From Blasia pusilla (lineage: Eukaryota), in NCBI GenBank assembly GCA_050084515.1, contig CM114271.1, forward strand, positions 39,990,001-40,054,000: a DNA stretch of 64,000 bases. Reading direction: 5' to 3'. This document shows, in pieces, positions 26,301-38,576 of the stretch. Both the position numbers and the translations under genes were made by a program. The first letter of the stretch is position 1. Each line of letters opens with the position of its first letter. Below the pieces are notes generated by a model. The model saw nothing but the letters and a program-made list of their open reading frames with translations. It did not search any database and was not told where the DNA came from.

Positions 26301-26519
26301 AACTTTCGGCCGTGATAATGTTAGGATTCATCCATCCTTAAGGTGACCTGTAGCAATACTTCTGCGTTGGATGCATCCAAAACCAAAAACATCAACGTGG
26401 AACCGCCAACGGCGAGCATTAATATCAAAGGGAGCTTGTAGAGGCCGTAAAAAACACATAGATAAGCTACACCATGAGAGAGAGAAAATATGTAAGGGTT
26501 GTAAAATAGTAAATAAAAA

Positions 26520-26741
26520 TTAGTACGGTGCTCGTGTATAGCATGGGAAATAAAAAAAAGTGTTTAAAGAGCTTTTGTTAGTGTATGGCTCGTGAAGGGA
26601 AGGCATGAATGATGATGCACATAAATTCAAACTTTTTTCTTATTGCCCCTAGCATGTGAAATATTTTTTTGCTGCCCAGTTGCAACGTGTCAAACATAAA
26701 CGTGTTCCCAAATCAAAAAGGCAATCTCCCATAATAATAGA
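26520..26741 (-). mobile_element. Non-autonomous Helitron copy
   Basis: The reverse complement starts A|TCTATTATTATGGGAG and ends with a cccatgctatacacgag hairpin remnant plus CTAA|T. Homologous to 44736-44922. Confidence 0.75.
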
Positions 26742-26757
26742 TTATTTTTTTAATCAA

Positions 26758-26987
26758 GTAGTAAAGTGCTTGTGCGATGCACGAGAACTAAAAAAGTATT
26801 TGAGGAGTCCTTCATCCGGCCCGCGAAAAGAGAAGACGAGAGTGAAAAGAATAATGATGTTACACATAAATTCAAAAGAAATTTCAGTTTCCGTAGCATA
26901 TGAAATATTTTCTTGTTGCCCAATTGCCACGTGTCAAATAAAGAGATGCTTGCAAATCACAAAGGCACTCCCCAATAATAATATAGA
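26758..26987 (-). mobile_element. Non-autonomous Helitron copy, in tandem with the previous one
   Basis: The reverse complement starts A|TCTATATTATTATTGGGGAGTGCC and ends ctcgtgcatcgcacaag hairpin plus a mutated CTAC|T. Confidence 0.75.
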
Positions 26988-27448
26988 TGATTTATCATGC
27001 ATTGGATAATAGGAATCTTTGTCATATCTTAATTTTGACCTAATTTCGTATTTAGGAGCCGGACGAGGTCGGCAATAGCTCCATTATATCACGATCATTA
27101 TTATTTTAGGCTAAGTTATCATTTTGGGCTATTTTTTCAGCAGAAAATTCTCTTGGCTCTTCCCATGGGCATAGAAATGAGAGAGGTAGATTTCACAAAC
27201 CATCATTCTTTGATTGAACCCAGATGCTCAGATGCTAGAATCCAAATTCTCTCACACCATAAGATGGATGTGGTTTGATATGCGTGAATAAATTCATTAG
27301 TAGAATTGAGTATATGAGTCATTTTTATTTGGTTTTCATTGAATAATCTTAATATACATGCATGAATATATTTTTGTATGTGTAAAGATCTACTTAGGCG
27401 ATGGAAAGATCATCCTCTAGTGTTTGATACAATTTAGGAAAAAATAAA

Positions 27449-27981
27449 TCTATATCATTATTGGAAAGTGCCCTCTCGTTTTTCACACTCTTCTCCATTT
27501 GACACTTGCCACTTTTAGCCAATAGGTCAATCACCTTTTGAATCAATAAGAACATTTGAAATTGATTTCAAGTGGAACTTGAGAATTTTGAGTAACAATA
27601 TATTCCTATATCTTGAGATGGAAACTCAAGATATAGGAATATATATAGAAGTCAAGTTGCTCTAGAAATGTAAGACAACATCTTCCCTAAATCCTGTGAT
27701 TTATATCTTGAGTTTCCATCTTTCCACGTTTGTGTAATATATGACTAGTGAACAATCGGCTCCCTTCCTGACTACTCATTACTACCCCAAAAGATTTCCT
27801 TGCTGCCCATTGTACGACCCCTATCATGCTCGACAGTGAAGGGACTAACCATACTCCACACAATTACAGTTGCCACATATCAAACAAAAACGTATATGCA
27901 AATAAAAAAGACGCTCTCCACTAATAATAATATAGATATGTGTTTGCAAATCAAGATGTTATCTCCTTCTATTGGTATAGA
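27449..27981. mobile_element. Further Helitron-family 5' ends: one on + from 27449, two on - ending ~27936 and ~27981
   Basis: TCTATATCATTATTGGAAAGTGCC at 27449. Reverse-oriented ctctccactaataataatatagat and atctccttctattggtatagat ends. An ACTAGT near 27745 could serve as a 3' end. Confidence 0.5.
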
Positions 27982-27992
27982 TGTGTGTGCCA

Positions 27993-28753
27993 TACAAGGA
28001 AAGGATTGGTGTGGTTACGGCAACAAGTAAAACTTACTTCCGTGGTTTGTGCTCGTCCTTAGCATAGTCACAAGATGAGTACATGTCTGCAGTAGTACTT
28101 GGCTTCGTATATGCCGAAGCCAAGGTAAGCAAAAACAAATATTTTTTTTGGAGGTATGGCTGGGTGGTTGAAACACTAGTCTAGCTACTGAAAGAAAGTG
28201 GAGCTATTTTAACTGACTACCTTATTCTCGCAAGAGAGCCCTTCGATCTGCTACACCCCTATGCTAATAGAGCTAATAAAGCTCCGGGCTGCTGGCGCGT
28301 CTACGCTGTTTCTTTTTGAGTAGAGGGCGCAAATCTACAGATTTTATCCTCTGCCGCTGACAGATTTTGTTAAGAGCGGTGGTTTGACGTGAAGCTAGAG
28401 AAGTGCTTTGATATAGAGGGACTCAAGGTTGAGAGTGCGTTACAAGAAAAAGCACCCCGTTTGCTGCACAAACGGCTGCAGAAAATGCTATTTGAATGTT
28501 AGTTGATCAAGGTATGAAACAAGCTGAAGTAATGATTAGTGGCCCAGGCCCAGGAAGAGATACAGCTGCATAAGGCCATTTTCCTTTTTTTTTTCGAAAC
28601 GACTATTACAACGCGCACAACAGGTATGGCCTTTGGGTCACTGATGAACTTACAAGGAAAGGATTGATGTGGTTACGGCAACAAGTGAAACTTACTTCCG
28701 TGGTTTGTGCTCGTCCTTAGCATAGTCACAAGATGAGTACATGTCTGCAGTAG
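27993..28753. repeat. 103-bp direct repeats (27993-28095 and 28651-28753) flanking a 555-bp insert
   Basis: tacaaggaaaggattg..acatgtctgcagtag is present twice with 2 mismatches. Confidence 0.92.
28442..28567 (+). pseudogene. rps11: Plastid-type rps11 fragment (probable NUPT)
   Basis: Translates [41 protein letters not shown], the conserved core of chloroplast ribosomal protein S11. Confidence 0.85.
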
Positions 28754-31494
28754 GACCAAAACTGAATTGGAATGCCGAAGTGAGCTTCCACGTTGACTTG
28801 GATTTTCTCTTCCGGTGGTTGAAATCAGCCTCTCCTATTGAGCGAATTTCGAAGTAAGAGTTTGTTACGCAAACCGAGCACCTAACCTTGCGAAGTGTCA
28901 AAAAAGCGCAAAAGCTCCAGCAAGTGGCGCTGTGATGCCCACCTCTTCAACAAGAAAAACCGGGCTGGTCAGCTTGGTTCCCTGCTAAGTTCATGACAAA
29001 GACTCGCTCTGGTTCACTGATCTGACGATAAAGACTGTGCTTCATCTTTCTCGCTGGATGATGTGTTTATTACGGCCGAATCTGGAGCACTCTGCTCGCC
29101 CCCGAACTTGTGTTTGAAAGCATCCTGGCGTTTCATCCACATCATGTGACCCTGCAGATCCAGTCATAGGAATGGTAAGGAGACCTCATTTCCGAGTTAC
29201 TCTTATGAAAAGTTGTGCTCTCAGGTGTGCATTAGCTTAGTCTTAGATCAGTAATGACCCAGAAGCATTTGACTGCTAGGCCAGATTAACGAAGTGAATG
29301 ACCACGTGAAGAAAGGGCTTGGCAACTTGACGGTAACACCACAAAGGTCGTAGATCTCACAGAAGATAGGAGGAATAAGTCAATGAAGACTCCCATACAG
29401 AGTGTTCTTGGTGCCGAACTTCAGAGTATCAGCCAAGAATTCTAACTATCTGATTGGGAGACCCACAAGACGTTACAAACAACTGCAGCAACTTTGGGCA
29501 GTGAATCCAGGCTATTCGACCTGACGAAAAGCTCTGGTGGTACTAGCTCAGCAATTCAGGCGTAGGTTGTTGCTGTTGGTGCTGAAATTTGGCACTAGTA
29601 ACCATATAGTTCCTGGAGTTTCATCCCCTCCATCATTACGCAACGTAAATAATTTTCATTGTGTTCCCATTCCCTGTTTGTTTCTAAGGGGGCTCCATTA
29701 TCCTACAAATAGATCTCCTGGTTTAGGATACAGGAGACAGATCCTTTTGATCTTTCCACGTGCACCTTGGCGTCCAGGTTCTCAAGCACATTTGCTAAGG
29801 TCTGGGATTTTCATCCGAGTTCTGAAACTGGAGCATGGTCAAGCACACACTTTTTCTCTCTACTTAACGTTTGGGACACTACCTCCCTGAGCTTGAGGCC
29901 GCCCCAGGGATTGAACTCGTGAAACCTTGCTTGAGAGAAGAAACTAGGTCAGATACACCAATTGGCCATCTATGACAGAGAGATTGACTTTCCTCAATAA
30001 GTAATGCCTATGGTAGCCTTGTGACCATAGACTCTGCACTCTGGATAGACAATGAGAGGGCAGAGATTTGTCAGCGGGAAACCGATAGGGCTGTGGGAAT
30101 CGGATTGGCAATTTGTGCAACGCTTGAACACCTTGTTAGAGCAGTGAGAGTGAGAGAATGAAAGAATTGAGCGTGATTTACTATCCGCGGAAACCCAATA
30201 CGGTGATGGGGATTAATTAGATTTGCAAGTTTTATAACAATTGAAATTGACAGATAAGATATCAAAAAGTCTACCCCGAGGTCCTCTGTGGATGATCCTC
30301 TCTAGATATCAAACACCTGTGTGAGAAATCAGCGATCTAAACCTAGTTCTTGCTAAGAGAACGAGAAAGTATATGTTTACTCATTAAGTAGTGAATGCCG
30401 TAGCCTTGCGATTACATACCCTGCGCTCTGGCTGTAAGGTATTTTTTGGTGGCCAGGCAGGGTTTGCGGTTAAGAGAGAGATGTCATCCAATCCCAATGC
30501 GGTGGAGATTTCTCTATGAAACGGAGGGTTGTGACGAGTGGAGGAGACAACAATACCTGCAATGCAATCGCCCAGATAGTAATGAAGGCGCCTATAGCAA
30601 CTCTTTTCTGCATGTTGGTACCGGTTATCAAACAAGCTCCAGGCAATCTGCAATAAGAAACCAACATAGCTGTAAGCTGCCAGCAGTAGCTGTACGATTT
30701 AAGACTCTCACGCGTGGAGGTTTAGGAGAGGAACAGAGCCACGAAAGCCCATTTCAGGTAGGGATCTTCACGCTCTCATGATATCAGCGTCCTGCGCTAC
30801 TAACGCAACATGGATGAAGCCACCCACAAGCTCTGATCCGTCATCACAAGCTGATCTGTTCCACACGGCAAGCAGCACCCAAACCTGTGAAAACAAATTG
30901 CAGGGAGAGGCCTGCCTAAACGCCCTGATCCCACGTTCAACTCACCAATTCCACGCGCGCAGCGACAGGAGACAGGTCCGGAAGACTCTAGCCTCCCACA
31001 TCAACGCCTATCCCATCCAGCTGCTCAATCGCGGCAAAAAACTGTCTGCTCGATGCGTACAGTGCAAACACAAATACCTTTGCGCTGTTTCCAAATCTGG
31101 CTATGGGGTTTGGTTTCATATCACAAATTTGATACGTTCGGATGAAGCGAGGTTTGCTTTCATATCAGACATAAGGTCCGTCCAGGTGAAGGGAGGTTTG
31201 GTTCCCTGTGGAGATCGCTCTTACCGGTACCGTCGATATTCAAGATCGGACGGCTACAGTGGGTAATGGTTTGTCTCTCAGGTTGAAGGGTTTAGCTACA
31301 ACGAAAGTGGTACTGACATTGAGAGATTGGCAAGAGCGGGAAAGGAAGATCATGAGAATCCGGACAGTCTGATTAGATAGAAGAGATCTTTGTGGGAGCG
31401 CTGTTTGGTATGAGTTTCGCGGCTTCGGGTTGGTGGCGTCAGTCGTGAAGAGCGGATGCTGATTGATTGGTTGGGAGGTTAGAGCAGGAAAGAA

Positions 31495-33824
31495 ATGAAA
31501 TTCAGAGCAGTGCTGACGGATTATGGAGTATCTCTACTGGAGCGCCGTATGTTGCTCGCTCTTGCCTCTGAGTTCGGAACTTTGGATAGCTAGCTGCAGC
31601 TGAACAATTGTGTCTAGTTTCGTTGGAAGTGTTCGTTTGATGGTCCTGGATGTGAGTGACTAAGAAATCTCGTGTAACGTGCTTGCCTGGGGCACTGTAT
31701 TGTTTGATTCAGGTTTTGTGCCCGCATTTGAGAAAATTGGGAAAACTTGCCACGTTTACTTGACCCGGCATCATGTCATCCTCCTGCATAATGTGCTCAA
31801 CACAAGTGGCGTACAAGCCATTGCGCAGTTTACGAAGGTGTCATCTCCTTCTGCCTTTGTTGTGCCTTCACTTCAGTGATTCGCCGAAGAGCATCTTAAG
31901 TTGTGGCAATGGTCATCCCTAAAAATGTGAAGTGGCAGGAGCAATGACGAAAATTTTCACATTTTCTTCTGAACTATGTATTAACTGATCGATTTTTGCA
32001 ATGTAGGAAGCTGTGTTTGACGACTACCGCATTTCTAGCAACAATGATGATCGCATTGCGTTCACGGTCGATCTAGGTTTGCTGTCGCGGGCACTGAAAA
32101 GCAGTGTGAGTATGGACGGTGATAAGCTCCAGATGAAACTCGTGAAGAAGCGTGCAAAGATCACGGACACTCCAACGCCTTACTTGTCCATTGAGAGTAA
32201 GGTGTGCAACAGCTCGTGGTAACCGTGGCCGTTCACGCATGTTTACGATGACCACTTTCTCAGAGGCCTAAAATATGCTTTGAATCTTCGGAAACTCTTT
32301 TTGCAGGGCTATAGATCAGCAGTAGTGCAAGATGTGCCGATCTCCCAGCCCATGACCCGAGGAGATGTGGAGGAACTTCAGGCTGCTCTGGACATGGCTC
32401 AGGACCTTCCCCGGGTAGGAGGAGAACTTCCAAACTAAGCAATTCCTTCTTTACTGTGCCCTGATTTTGAGCAAAGAGACCTTAGACAGCTAATGTGGTG
32501 CTCCTTGGGGACAGACGTTGGTTCAAGTTCCGGACTTGCATCAGCTGCAGACCTTGGTAGATCGTCTCAAGAATGTCGGTGAAGTGCTTGACGTGGGAGT
32601 AACTCAGTATGGAGATCTTCATCTTCAAGTCTCTACGACTTTAGTGTCCATCGGCTCTGAGTTTCGTAAGCTCCGAGTGCTCGGACTTCGAGGTGAGAAT
32701 AGTCGTGTCTCTATCAGTAAGATATGAAGTTTTATAATCGAAAACTGTCGAAGCGTGGAAGAGGCAGTGCCGATCGAAATATCCATCGAGATAGAGTGGT
32801 GCACACGATCTTGTAGATCGCAGAATCGAGAATTTTCAGCTTGTGTCGGGAATCAGTGGACTCCCAAAGGAGCGATCAAATTCGTACATCCTCATAGTCT
32901 GCCTTACTCCTTCTCCCGACCAGATTCTTTTGGAATGAAAGTGCCCATACAAAACTTATTATAACCCTGTGCTTGGGCATTTATCCCCTTGAAAATTTCG
33001 TGACCACCGAGTTTCATTTTGGAATGGAATGGGGTGTAATTGTACTTCTAACAAGCAATTGTGCAAGTTTCGTTACTCCTTCCTACATGCGAAGTTCAGT
33101 TTCACAAATTATTATTTTTATGAAATTTTCTTGGTTTTCTAATCTTCCAAAGTACATAACATTAAGAAATCACGAAGTCATTTTCTTCATAGAAAAACTC
33201 CATGTACTGATGACGAATGGCTGATCGCAGCTGATAATACATCTGTGGATCAAGCAATCAATTCTTCGGATCGCCTTCGTCAGGCACTTGAAAAAGGACA
33301 CGCAGCTGTGGTGGTAAGTTCCCAGAATTCTATAGTTCCCGATTTTTACAAAACGATGAGAGGTTTTTTGGTCTTGATGGAGGAAGTAATTATCTTGCAG
33401 AAGGGGCTGTTTCAGGTATCTGGTCGAGACTAACCTAATTTGAGTGGTCATTATTCTTTCAGAAAGTCAGTGTGAAGCACTTTGTCAAGAGCCTTCAATG
33501 TCATCATACCAAGCCTGATGCATCGTATTGCGGTGCGTTTCCTCATATTCCCCATTATGTAGGTAACTCGTTCGGATATGCAAGGCCAGTGGCGGAGTGG
33601 ATGAGGATTTCAGAGATGGACATCACCTTGTTAGAAAGCAACAGTTTGGCAGTTCCCCAGCCATCGTCTTGAGAATGTGTTGCATGGTCGCTTGTGCAGG
33701 GATCGCTCCGAATGATGGCTGCCTGCTCATGATGTTCCAATACTTCATACCAGGCACAAGGCAGACCGACAACTCCATCAGCCTACACTATAGACTGCCA
33801 GTTTTGTTGGATGGTGCACCATAA
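31495..33824 (+). CDS. HUS1: Checkpoint clamp (9-1-1) subunit HUS1, 8 exons
   Basis: Spliced translation MKFRAVLTDYGVSLLERRFVPAFEKIGKTCH..VFDDYRISSNNDDRIAF..GYRSAVVQDVPISQP..TLVQVPDLHQLQ..VSVKHFVKSLQCH..PGTRQTDNSISLHYRLPVLLDGAP, collinear with plant HUS1. Introns are GT-AG. Confidence 0.93.
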
Positions 33825-34881
33825 CTGATCTAAATAGGGGGTATTTCCGTCACGGCACTTCGGAAATACCCAAACCACAGCTCGGGAGTGGATGACGGAT
33901 TGTGAGCAATCTTCCTAAACGAGAAGAGCACGTAAATAATCGAAACTCAGTTAGTTTGACGGCCTCTCGGTCTTCCCTTGTAAATTTGTGTATACTTCAG
34001 CCTTCAACATGTCCAGATGACTATAGCTGGGTCACTGCCAATTAGTGGTGGTGGTGGATTTGGGAATGGTTATATTCTTCTACGAGAACTCACAAGAGAC
34101 GGATCTAAGATTGGGTCAAGAGTCATTCTCATCGTTGCAAATGTACTCGAAGCTTTTGTGAACTCATTATGAGCTTTTGTTCCGTGCACAAGTAGGAACT
34201 CTCTGTCTTAACTGGAGGTCCAGCACACTATCATGTGTCGGCGAGTTCCGATTTCTCTTCATGCAAAGGAACGCATTTGCTGTGCTTACTACTTCGCATA
34301 GCTCTCCTCCTCCTTAAATCTATATTTTCTCGAGTGTGCGACTCTTTAGGAGTTTGCCCCAAGTCACAAACCCATTTTAAGCAACTCTCAGTCTGTGAAT
34401 AGTCGCAAACCCAATTTCGACCTTGACTTACTTTTCGTATTGCAATGTCAGAAAGTGCACCTACTCAACAAGATTGTTTCCATAAACAATATTCCTTAAC
34501 TTAGGTACGCATTCTTCTCCCGATTACCCACGAAATAAACGTGAATCTGCTCACCCTCATCCGTTACCTAAAGCCGACCCATAGAGTCTAGGGAGAGAAA
34601 GACGGTGGATACCGGACAGAAGACCGCCGCCTCTAACCCTTGAAAGCGGGATCTATTGCGGTCTAGCAGAGGGCTCTCCCATCGATTCTTGGCGGTTCGC
34701 GAAGAGTTCTGGTCCTACGAAACCCACTGTACGGATCACTAGTGTATGCTCAGGTTTCATGCGAAAGGGGAGCTCTCGGTAGCAGGGACAGAGACTGACG
34801 AGAAGACATTGTGAAACTCACAGCAGCGAATGCAAGTTGGGGCTGTAGTCTCGAGCAAAGACACGGCGGAGGGAGGAAGCG

Positions 34882-36301
34882 ATGACTAGAGCGATGGAGC
34901 CTCTGGTGAGACCCGTGCCGGCCGCAATTGCGAGAAACGAGAGGCTGCCATGCGTATCTGCTTTTGCGCTCACCCCGGATGTGGAAATGCGCTCCCTTTG
35001 CGCTCGCACTCGAGCTCCGTTCCCCCAATGGTCTGGTGAGCGTCCCGATTTCTTAGCTGTGCCGTCGAAGAGAGGAGCTGAATGTGTTTGCTCCATGGTG
35101 GCTGTTTCTGAATTAAGTTTCTCATCTTCGTTTGTGGATGAAAGCTTTTGCATTGTCAGCTCTCCAGCGTCTTCGATCGCCTCGAGGGCCAGCAAGGACT
35201 GCGCTCTCAGGCTTGGTTTCCGCCAGACGATGGTTGTAGCCGGCCGAAGCGGAGGAGTTCTGCGAGAGGAAGTTTGTGAAAGGATTTTAGATGAAATTTG
35301 GGTTTTTCCTGGTAGGATTTGTTTCGTGCAGAGGATATCGATTCAAGAGTGTGGCCAAGTTTAGAATTAGGATGGAAGCACTCCATCCAGCAAGGGCCCA
35401 CTCATGCGTTGGATTTCCGAGTGCGGGGAGACTCATTTGCTCGGGATCAGGTTGTCGTAAGTTGTGCTGATTCCTGTCTAGACGGACGAATCCTCGACTC
35501 TTTGTCCAGGAATTTCCTTTTCATTCGGACTTCATATCATTTGAATGTGGGTTTATGAATACTGTTTGGAACCATTTGTATTGGGCGATTTTCTGGAGCT
35601 GCAGTGCAGACCCTGAATGGACGTGGTTTGTGCTGCCACTAGCTTCTCTCCTTCTTCGAAATTGACTGAACTGAACGTAACTTTGGCCCCAATGCAGTGC
35701 AGTTGGACAGGAGGGATGTTCATCTTCAAAATTCCATAGGGTTCTCCAAGCTTTCAGTGGAGAATCTGGTGGCCAGCTGAGCCGGGGAACGGGAGAAGGA
35801 CAAGCAGGAGCAGTTGAAGCCACTGTGAACATGTTGGAAGCAGAATTACAAGATGCCATTGAAAGGGAGGATTACCCAAAAGCTGCTTCCATACGAGACG
35901 AGCTTAGAGCTTTGCAGGAGGATGACAGAGCTCAGGTACTTGCTGCCAATACGAAATTCTACAGAACGTTCGAGAAGGGAGATCTTAGACAGATGCGCAA
36001 GGTGTGGGCGAATAGAGAGCATGTCCATTGTATTCATCCAGGAGCTGGGTGCATCTCCGGTTATGAGTTAGTCATGGCAAGCTGGGAGGTGATGCTTACT
36101 GGGGATGCAGGGTTCCCTTTCAATATCGAGCTACAAAACGTGGAAGTTTATGCTCAAGGAAACGTCGGAATAGTCACCTGTGTGGAGGTGGTGCGTACCC
36201 AGGGCAGCAATTGGGGAAGGCAGGTGGCCACAAATGTATTTGAAAAAATTGCGGGGAAGTGGCTCATGAGCGTGCATCATGCTTCTCACTTCAGATCTTA
36301 A
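34882..36301 (+). CDS. UVR (UvrB/C motif) plus SnoaL/NTF2-like domain protein, probably plastid-targeted; start codon and 5' exons uncertain
   Basis: The last exon (~35698-36301) encodes ELQDAIEREDYPKAASIRDEL (UVR) and ANTKFYRTFEKGDL..VW..CIHPG..TNVFEKIAGKWLMSVHHAS (SnoaL-like). The upstream Ser-rich ORF resembles a transit peptide. Confidence 0.8.
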
Positions 36302-37380
36302 ACCGTATGAATCTCCATTTAGCGGTAGGTCATATAGGATGTGATGAACTTGACTACTACACAAAGATGTACGTTTTTTCTCAAGTCAATCTATTGAATT
36401 CGATAGAGACCTTCCCCTCTGCACTATTTTGATCTACTGGCTTCCCAAAGAAGGTATAATGGAAAGCTGGCTAAATGATCTCAAGAAACCCACATGGGGG
36501 ATTTCAGTGCAAGAGTTATGTTTTGGGTCCTGATATACCAATAAAGTAGTGTGTCTGAAAGACAGTGGGGCCTGTATAAAGTGACTTATTTGGATGTGAA
36601 AATGCCAATTATGGTTGGTCTCTCGCACTAGATCTTCTTACTTGTTTTCGTTTTCTCAGGGTCCAATCTCCTCACAACTCGTACTAACGCAGCTTCGGTA
36701 CATCATTCACAGAACGCGATGATCGAAGCCCTGACAAGCGTCTCTTCCTTTTCTTTTTCTAAATGGATTCACTTTGAGCTCTTAAGTGCTTAACAAAGAC
36801 ACTGTAACTTCGAAAATGAGTGTGATCAGATTGGTGCGTTCGATCTTTTGGCCGAGGTACAATGTTTCGGCTGATACGTGAATTGTGAAAGCATGTGTAG
36901 CTGACAGCTCATTCTACCAATGGGGTCCTTCCAAAACTCTAGTGTTGAGTGAAAGCGCGTCTCTGCTCCTAATTACACCGGTTGGGAAGTTGCTATGGAG
37001 AGGGTTATGGTGGGTGTGCATGATTAGATGACTTTTAAAACGTTGTTGCTGTTGTTCAAGTTCTGCCTTGACATCAGTCTGGAGGAAGCCGATGGTTAAA
37101 GATATGGTTTTCATCAATTGATTGGACGAAAGACCATCGAGTCACAAACCTCAAGTAATGGTATTGATTATTCGTTGAGAATCTTCATGTGGGGTGCGAA
37201 GCGGACTCCGTAATTTCCGAGGTTTTATAACATCAGAAAAGACGAATGTTGACTTGCTGTGGAAGTTTGGCCGCTCATCAGACTCTCACTTTTATGTTAC
37301 TGATCTGAGGTCCTCAACTATGGACGAAACACAAGTGTGAGGTGCAGCAAACGTTGGTTGTTACGTAGTCCGTGGATAAT

Positions 37381-37850
37381 GTCTCGTGTAAGATCCCAGC
37401 CTGCTGTGGCCGGAATCCTCCTCCTGATCTAATGTGGGGCGGGTTTGAAGCTTGATAGAAACTTGCAGTTCTATGGAAGTTTTACACGTGCATGTTCTCG
37501 AACCTGACACTCTACAATAGTTGGTCGGTCGGTCTTTCTAGTCTTTGACAAAATCCTTGGCTCGTACTTAGGGCTTACGAATGCACACCCAAGAAAGTAT
37601 ATGCTAATATCGAACACGGTGTGTATACTTGAAGTCTCGTGTAACGTCCTATTCTGGCTGGAATCGTCCTCCCAATCTAATGTGAGTAGGTTTGAAGCTC
37701 GATAGAAACTTGCTGCGTATCAGCGTTAAGGAAGTGTGTATACTTGTCCTGAACCTGAAGTCTTTGTACAAAGGTCAAACAGGCGTTGTAGTCTTTGACG
37801 AGTCCCTTGCCACTTATCTAGGACGCACGTCGAAGAAAGTGTATGCTCCT
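37381..37850. repeat. Old diverged tandem duplication, ~253-bp period
   Basis: Collinear blocks gtctcgtgtaa, ggaatc.tcctcc, atctaatgtg, ggtttgaagct.gatagaaacttgc, gaacctga, tagtctttgac and aagaaagt.tatgct each occur twice. Confidence 0.75.
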
Positions 37851-38576
37851 ACACTTTCTTAGATACCATGTACTTGATTCAGTGATCGGTAGAAATCTTA
37901 CCTAGCTTCACAAGCAGAAGTATGACCCTCTTTCCAGTCGCAGAACAAGGATTCCACTTTATGTTCCTATCCATTTCGCATCGTCTAAATTTTCATGTCC
38001 ATCGTCAACATTCTCCTGTCCCTTTTTCCATCATCGAAATTTTTTCAACCAGACCAGAGCTTTTTCTAGATGTTCGGCCAGTTGAAATTACACTTTCAAA
38101 TGTCGCGTCGTTTGAAATGTGCACTCAGGAGAAAAACTTCAGAGAACGATTTAGATGGTGTTGTGTTCCAATTCGCCGAAGGCCTTTTGCTCCAGTTCCC
38201 ATTCATAGCGACAAGTCCTGACCCAGATCAGCAGATCAATTTGTTTGAAATGGAGAAACTTCACGAACCTGACTTGTTTTGAGGCGAATTCCTAACCCTT
38301 GATTTGTACACCAGCAGTGAAATAATTGTGTGACAGGGTTTCCCGGCTTGCTGTGATTGGCGGCTTCGTGCTTGCAGCATTTCCTCGTCGTGTTTCCCTC
38401 TACGGTTCACTGAGAATGAAGCGAAGGTGCCAAACAGCTACAAAGGTTCCTCCAAATACAGTTTTTGTGGAGGGGTTCTGACACCGCTGGGCAATTGGTC
38501 AAAACGTCATGGAGACTAAAGCCTCCTTCAAATGCAGACTAAAGCCTCCTTCGAATGCAGACTGGTCTCTGGAGTG

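Larger units (their letters stand above)
15903..26380 (-). mobile_element. Decayed autonomous Helitron2/Helentron-type rolling-circle transposon (boundaries inferred)
   Basis: Contains Rep and PIF1 helicase remnants. A 16-bp inverted pair at 15941-15956 and 26360-26375 matches at 14/16. There is a 14-bp palindrome at 26367-26380 and an imperfect hairpin at 15905-15926. Confidence 0.6.

Noticed and set aside
15941-26380. TGCATCCAA at both ends read as a 9-bp Mutator-type TSD
   Set aside because: The direct match arises from the palindrome overlapping the inverted repeat. No long TIRs or DDE transposase are present.
27993-28753. TRIM or mini LTR retrotransposon interpretation
   Set aside because: The repeats lack TG..CA ends, and no PBS, polypurine tract or TSD is visible.
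30778-31266. 162-aa ORF upstream of HUS1
   Set aside because: No recognisable features; probably promoter or 5'UTR sequence.
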